A program made the position numbers and the translations under genes. A stretch of DNA of 64,000 nucleotides from Polyangiales bacterium (GTDB lineage: Bacteria; Myxococcota_A; Polyangia; Polyangiales; JADJQN01), in NCBI GenBank assembly GCA_964202905.1, contig CAXNJO010000005.1, positions 341,609 through 405,608 of the forward strand, given 5' to 3'. Numbering within the stretch: position 1 is the first letter of the stretch; every line of letters begins with the position of its first letter. The notes under the pieces are model-generated. The model was not told where the DNA came from, did no database searches, and worked only from the letters and a program-made list of their open reading frames with translations. Shown here one piece after another: positions 61,205 through 64,000 of this stretch.

Positions 61205-62143
61205 ATGCACAAGGTCATCATCATCGGGTCCGGCCCCGCGGGCCACACCGCCGCCATCTACGCCGCGCGCGCGAACCTCAAGCCCGTGATGTTCGAGGGG
61301 CTCGTCCGCGGCGGCATCCCGGGTGGCCAGCTCATGATCACGACCGACGTCGAGAACTACCCGGGCTTCCCCGAGGGCATCAAGGGCCCCGAGCTCATGG
61401 AGCTCTTCAAGAAGCAGTCGCTCCGCTTCGGCACCGTCATCCACACCGCCGACGTCGACGAGGTCGACCTCACGAAGCGCCCCTTCCGTGTCGTGTCCGA
61501 AGGTCAGGAGCACTTCGCCGAGTCGCTCATCATCGCGACAGGCGCGCAGGCCAAGTGGATCGGCCTCGAGAGCGAGACCGCGCTCCGCAACCGCGGCGTC
61601 AGCGCCTGCGCGACGTGCGACGGCTTCTTCTTCCGTGGGCAGGATGTGTGCGTCGTCGGCGGCGGCGACACCGCGATGGAGGAGGCGAACTACCTCGCGG
61701 GCCTCGCGCGGAGCGTCACCGTCATCCACCGCCGCGACACGCTGCGCGCCTCGCAGATCATGCAGGATCGCGCGCGGAACAACCCCAAGATCTCCTTCCT
61801 CTGGAACAAGGAAGTGGTCGAGGTGCTCGACCCCGCCGCGGGCACCGTCAACGCGCTGCGCCTGCGCGACACGGTCACTGGCGAGCTCTCGCTGCACCCC
61901 ACGCAGGGCCTCTTCATCGCGATCGGCCACGTGCCCAACACCGATCTCTTCCAAAGCGTGCTCACCCTCGACGAGAACGGCTACCTCGTCACCAAGCCCG
62001 GCACCACGCAGACCAACGTCGAGGGCGTCTTCGCGGCGGGCGACGTCGCGGACCACGTCTATCGTCAGGCCGTGACGGCCGCCGGCACGGGCTGCGCGGC
62101 CGCGATCGAGGCCGAGCGCTGGCTCGCGACACAGTCGCACTGA
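61205..62143 (+). CDS. trxB: Thioredoxin reductase
   Basis: IIGSGPAG, GGQL, CATCDG, GGGDTA, FAAGDV...YRQA. Confidence 0.97.
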   Translation: MHKVIIIGSGPAGHTAAIYAARANLKPVMFEGLVRGGIPGGQLMITTDVENYPGFPEGIKGPELMELFKKQSLRFGTVIHTADVDEVDLTKRPFRVVSEGQEHFAESLIIATGAQAKWIGLESETALRNRGVSACATCDGFFFRGQDVCVVGGGDTAMEEANYLAGLARSVTVIHRRDTLRASQIMQDRARNNPKISFLWNKEVVEVLDPAAGTVNALRLRDTVTGELSLHPTQGLFIAIGHVPNTDLFQSVLTLDENGYLVTKPGTTQTNVEGVFAAGDVADHVYRQAVTAAGTGCAAAIEAERWLATQSH

Positions 62144-62225
62144 CACCGCGCGTCTGACGCACGCAGGCGCGCGACGGACATGCGCGCGGCGGGACAGCGC
62201 CCGCGATCTGCGGTACCACGGGGCG

Positions 62226-63971
62226 GTGTCGGGAACGAGGAGGCTGGCCTCGGAGAGGGCCGCGCGGCTGCGGCGGCGCGCCGTCGCGGACAGCGGCGGC
62301 CCGCCCAGCTTCTACGTGCAGCCCGTGGGCGATGCACCGGTCGCAGGCGGCATCGAGGTCGTCGATCTGCTCCACGCGACACCGCAGCCCTGGGGCGATC
62401 TGCGCGGCGCCGCCGAGCTGGTGCGCTTCGCGTTCGAGGGCGGCGACTGCGCGGGCGTCTTCGACACCGTGATCGCGTCGCTCCCGCTCTCGCCGTCGAC
62501 GCTCGATCCGGCCGCGTTCGCCTCGCAGCTCTACCTCGACGCGCTCATCGAGCACTGCCTGCGCGTCACGATCGACGGCGCGCAGCAGCCCGTGAACACA
62601 CGCCTCCTGCGGCGCATCCTCGAGACGCCCCCGCGCGACGCCGCGGACTGCGACGCGCGACAGGCCGTGCTGCGCGAGCTCGTCGCGCGCCCCGCCTGCG
62701 TCACCGACCTCGAGCGCGTGCACCTCGCGCTCCGGGCGCTGCGCGCAGCCCTCGAGTTGCCGACGCTGGCCGAGCCCAACCTCGTGCGGCGGAAGATCGG
62801 CGTGCTCGTCGCGCTGCAATGCGCGGTCAACGCGCTCGCCGACGGCTTCGAGGGCGCGACCTCGGCGCTCGCGCGGCTGCGGGAGCGCGGCCTCGCGATC
62901 CGCGGCAGCAACGCCTTCGCGCAGCTCGCGCGCATCGTCGACCTCGAGGGGAACCTCGCGACGGTCGACCTGCGCGTGCGCCTCGGCTCGGACGGCACCG
63001 TGCGCGGCTTCGGCGTGCTCGCGGTCCGCGAAAACCCCGCGAACGACGCGTTCCCCGGCCCGTTCGCGCGCTTCGTCCAGCGGCTCTTCTCGTTTCTCCG
63101 CGGCTACCGCTACGGCGAGAGCGAGGTGGTCGTGCGCCTGCTCGAGGAGATCTTCGCGCCGCTCACCGACGACACCGTCGCGCTCGTCGCGCTGACCGGC
63201 GCCGTCGAGCTGCACCTCGCCACGCTCGGCTTCCGCCACCTCGCCGAATCGCGCGGACTCCGCGTCTCGCTGCCGGAGATCCTCGACCCGTCGACGGACA
63301 CCGACACACCACCACGCGTGCTCGAAGGCCTCTTCAATCCCCTCCTCTTCGTGCAGGGGATTTCGCCCATCCCCTGCGATGTGCCGATTGCGCGCCACGA
63401 TGCGCTCGTCGTGCTCACCGGCCCCAACTCCGGCGGCAAGACACGCCTGCTCCAGGCCATCGCGCTCACGCAATTGCTCGGCCAGGCGGGCCTCTTCGTG
63501 CCGGCCGCGCGCGCCTGCATCACCCGCGCACCGCGGCTCTTTCTCTCGCTCGTCGACGAGGGCGACGCGGGCCAGGTCGAGGGCCGCCTCGGCACCGAAC
63601 TCCTGCGCATCCGCCGCCTCTTCGAGCAGCTCGAGCCCGGCTCCCTCGCGCTCCTCGACGAGCTCTGCTCCGGCACAAATCCCCTCGAGGGCGAGGAGAT
63701 CTTCGAGATGGTCGTCTCCCTGCTGCCGCGCCTGCGCCCCCAGCTCGTCGTCAGCACGCATTTCCTCGGTCTCGCCGCCCGCCTCGCCCGCGAGCGCCCC
63801 GTCGAGAGCCTCACCTTCCTCCAGGTCGAGCTCGACGCCGACGAGCGCCCCACCTACCGCTTCATCCCCGGCGTCGCGACCACCTCCCTCGCCCACAAGG
63901 TCGCCGCCCGCCTCGGCGTCACCCGCGGCGAGTTGGAAGCGCTGGTCGAAGCGAGGCTGGAGAAGCGATGA
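62226..63971 (+). CDS. MutS-related ATPase (domain V only; no mismatch-binding or Smr domain)
   Basis: GPNSGGKT, QAG.FVPA, LLDELCSGT, STHF, A.RLG. Confidence 0.85.
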   Translation: MSGTRRLASERAARLRRRAVADSGGPPSFYVQPVGDAPVAGGIEVVDLLHATPQPWGDLRGAAELVRFAFEGGDCAGVFDTVIASLPLSPSTLDPAAFASQLYLDALIEHCLRVTIDGAQQPVNTRLLRRILETPPRDAADCDARQAVLRELVARPACVTDLERVHLALRALRAALELPTLAEPNLVRRKIGVLVALQCAVNALADGFEGATSALARLRERGLAIRGSNAFAQLARIVDLEGNLATVDLRVRLGSDGTVRGFGVLAVRENPANDAFPGPFARFVQRLFSFLRGYRYGESEVVVRLLEEIFAPLTDDTVALVALTGAVELHLATLGFRHLAESRGLRVSLPEILDPSTDTDTPPRVLEGLFNPLLFVQGISPIPCDVPIARHDALVVLTGPNSGGKTRLLQAIALTQLLGQAGLFVPAARACITRAPRLFLSLVDEGDAGQVEGRLGTELLRIRRLFEQLEPGSLALLDELCSGTNPLEGEEIFEMVVSLLPRLRPQLVVSTHFLGLAARLARERPVESLTFLQVELDADERPTYRFIPGVATTSLAHKVAARLGVTRGELEALVEARLEKR

Positions 63972-64000
63972 GGGCGAATCCCACGTTGCGCATCACCACC
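63968..64000 (+). CDS. Start of a translationally coupled downstream ORF (partial)
   Basis: ATGA overlap with the previous stop; open to the window end. Confidence 0.45.
   Translation, partial: MRANPTLRITT

Overview
This is a very GC-rich, gene-dense bacterial chromosome segment, most likely Myxococcota (Polyangia/Sandaracinus-like). The assignment rests on the MYXO-CTERM motif, myxobacterial Cys-rich repeat, TSP3/OmpA proteins, Hanks-type kinase and MXAN_5187-type protein. It holds about 46 genes plus tRNA-Gln(TTG), in this order: tonB-exbB-exbD-exbD-TBDR operon; lhr-nei repair pair; TPR and Ser/Thr kinase genes divergent from an FHA-CpaF-like protein; ttcA; a TraB-like barrel; czcCBA-type efflux; a Cys-rich lipoprotein next to a pseudokinase-wHTH regulator; tlyA, btuF, ssb; a ccmF-ccmH fusion with two accessory genes; an IgGFc-binding-type lipoprotein; a ~2060-aa adhesin/OmpA giant; dnaK; a K+ channel; a flippase; moaC; a GT-C-like protein with two methyltransferases; a VapBC-type TA pair; trxB; and a MutS-like ATPase. 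About ten genes carry small indels, most likely long-read assembly errors, so fusion and split calls need read-level checks. The best candidate for a novel system is the giant gene at 42595-48779. Its adhesin part ends in an internal MYXO-CTERM tag whose Arg tail runs directly into a second signal peptide and then a TraB-like barrel/TSP3/OmpA protein, which suggests a cleaved two-product polyprotein. Two tandem-repeat arrays lie just upstream of it. All calls come from reading motifs by eye; no searches were run.
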